The notes under the pieces were generated by a model. It was not told the DNA's origin, ran no database searches, and worked only from the letters and a program-made list of their open reading frames with translations. Made by a program: the position numbers and the translations under genes. A stretch of 62,078 bases of DNA, counting the filler. It is 10 parts of 10 records of this genome, joined end to end, with 100 filler letters (N's around TTAATTAATTAA, not from the genome) between each part and the next. Parts side by side here need not be neighbours in the genome. Positions count along the whole stretch, not along the records: positions 56,549 to 62,078 come from SRR31147125_203478; 9 more parts are not named here. One strand, 5' to 3'. Within the stretch, counting starts at the first letter, position 1, and the number at the start of each line of letters is the position of its first letter. Of the stretch, positions 60,890 through 62,078 are shown in pieces.

Positions 60890-62053
60890 ATGCAGCAGGT
60901 AGTTGAAAGTGAAGCGATCCCGATCAAGCTCTGGCTTAACGACATGGAGGAAGGCGCGATGCAGCAGGCCCGCAATCTCGCCAACCTGCCATTCGCGTTT
61001 CACCATGTCGCGATCATGCCCGATGCCCATTTCGGGTTCGGGATGCCGATAGGCGGTATTCTCGCCACTGAAGACGTCGTGATCCCCAACGCGGTCGGGG
61101 TGGATATCGGCTGCGGCATGTGCAGCGTGAAGACCTCGCTCGAGTATATCGACAGGGACGCTCTGAAACAAATCATGCAGTCCGTTCGCTCGCGCGTCCC
61201 GCTGGGCTTCAAGCACCACAAGAAGAAACAGCCCCACGACGCGATGCCGGAAGAGGAGATCGCCGATCTGCCGATCGTCAAATCGGAGTACGACAACGCA
61301 CGGACCCAGGTCGGGACCCTCGGCGGCGGAAATCACTTCATCGAGATCCAGCGGGGGACGGACGGACGCATCTGGTTCATGATCCACTCCGGCAGCCGCA
61401 ACCTCGGCTTTCGGGTCGCCAACCACTACAACAAACTGGCCGCCACCCTGAACAAGAAGTGGAAGAGCCCGCTTCCCGCATCCTGGCAGTTGGCCTACCT
61501 GCCGATGGACGACACCGCCGGGCGAACCTATTTTCGGGAAATGAGTTATTGCGTGAAGTTCGCGGAGGCGAACCGGGCGCTGATGCAGCGGCAGGTCGAG
61601 CACTGTTTTCGAGAGCACCTGCCCGATATCCACTTCGATGCTCCAATCAACATCGCCCACAACTACGCAGACCGGGAGCTTCACTTCGGCAGACAGGTCT
61701 ATGTCCACCGCAAGGGTGCAACCAGGGCGGAAACCGGAGACACCGGCATCATTCCGGGATCCCAGGGAAGTGCGAGTTTCATCGTGAGCGGCAAGTCGAA
61801 TCCCGAGAGCTTCAACTCGTGCTCCCATGGCGCGGGCAGGAAGATGGGCAGGAAACAGGCCCAGAGACAGCTCGATCTCAACGGGGAGCGGCGGAGGCTC
61901 GAGAAAAATAACATCCTGCACAGCCTGCGGGGGAAGAAAGATCTCGATGAAGCCCCGGGGGCATACAAGAACATCGAGCGCGTTATCGACTATCAGCAGG
62001 ACCTGATCGAGGTCCTCGACGTGCTGCAGCCGCTTGCGGTGATAAAAGGGTAA
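60890..62053 (+). CDS. rtcB: RtcB 3'-phosphate/5'-OH RNA ligase
   Basis: MPDAH, VGVDIGCG, GGGNHF, HSGSR, HNY, HRKGA, SHGAGR, DEAPGAYK. Confidence 0.96.
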   Translation: MQQVVESEAIPIKLWLNDMEEGAMQQARNLANLPFAFHHVAIMPDAHFGFGMPIGGILATEDVVIPNAVGVDIGCGMCSVKTSLEYIDRDALKQIMQSVRSRVPLGFKHHKKKQPHDAMPEEEIADLPIVKSEYDNARTQVGTLGGGNHFIEIQRGTDGRIWFMIHSGSRNLGFRVANHYNKLAATLNKKWKSPLPASWQLAYLPMDDTAGRTYFREMSYCVKFAEANRALMQRQVEHCFREHLPDIHFDAPINIAHNYADRELHFGRQVYVHRKGATRAETGDTGIIPGSQGSASFIVSGKSNPESFNSCSHGAGRKMGRKQAQRQLDLNGERRRLEKNNILHSLRGKKDLDEAPGAYKNIERVIDYQQDLIEVLDVLQPLAVIKG

Positions 62054-62078
62054 GACGGCAGAACAAGCTGTGGGACGA

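Overview
This window is not one genome. It is ten unrelated contigs joined by 100-nt spacers of Ns containing TTAATTAATTAA, so no gene linkage can be read across a spacer. (1) 1-5003: part of an intron-rich eukaryotic XMAP215/ch-TOG gene. (2) 5104-13050: immunity and early region of a temperate phage, probably from a spirochaete. It carries a repressor, an RHH protein, Xis, ERF, YqaJ, NinB/NinG-like genes, SSB and an initiator-like tRNA-Met, with attC-like cassette remnants at the left end. (3) 13151-18569: 5' part of an intron-rich eukaryotic CPLANE1/JBTS17 homologue. (4) 18670-24317: glycosyltransferase cluster with a secreted nucleoside-hydrolase-family gene. (5) 24418-31169: resB-ccsA-qrcABC of a sulfate reducer, with a highly structured ~350-nt region before qrcA. 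(6) 31270-36732: Firmicute-like PucR regulator, diguanylate cyclase, GNAT and zinc-ribbon genes. (7) 36833-42155: ectoine-type catabolic/TRAP operon. (8) 42256-48944: spirochaete-like contig with a bacterial histone, a DUF4105/Lnb-like gene and an M16 peptidase. (9) 49045-56448: prpR-acnD-prpF with a second GntR and tctCB, plus four PrpR-type operators. (10) 56549-62078: srkA, an apparently split TrcP-like tRNA C-to-pseudouridine editor (stand-alone deaminase-like gene plus rluA) and rtcB. Best leads: the split TrcP-like editor next to rtcB, the structured qrc leader RNA, the cassette-like unit in the prophage, the protist CPLANE1 and the bacterial histone. All family and taxon assignments come from motif recognition by eye; no database searches were run.
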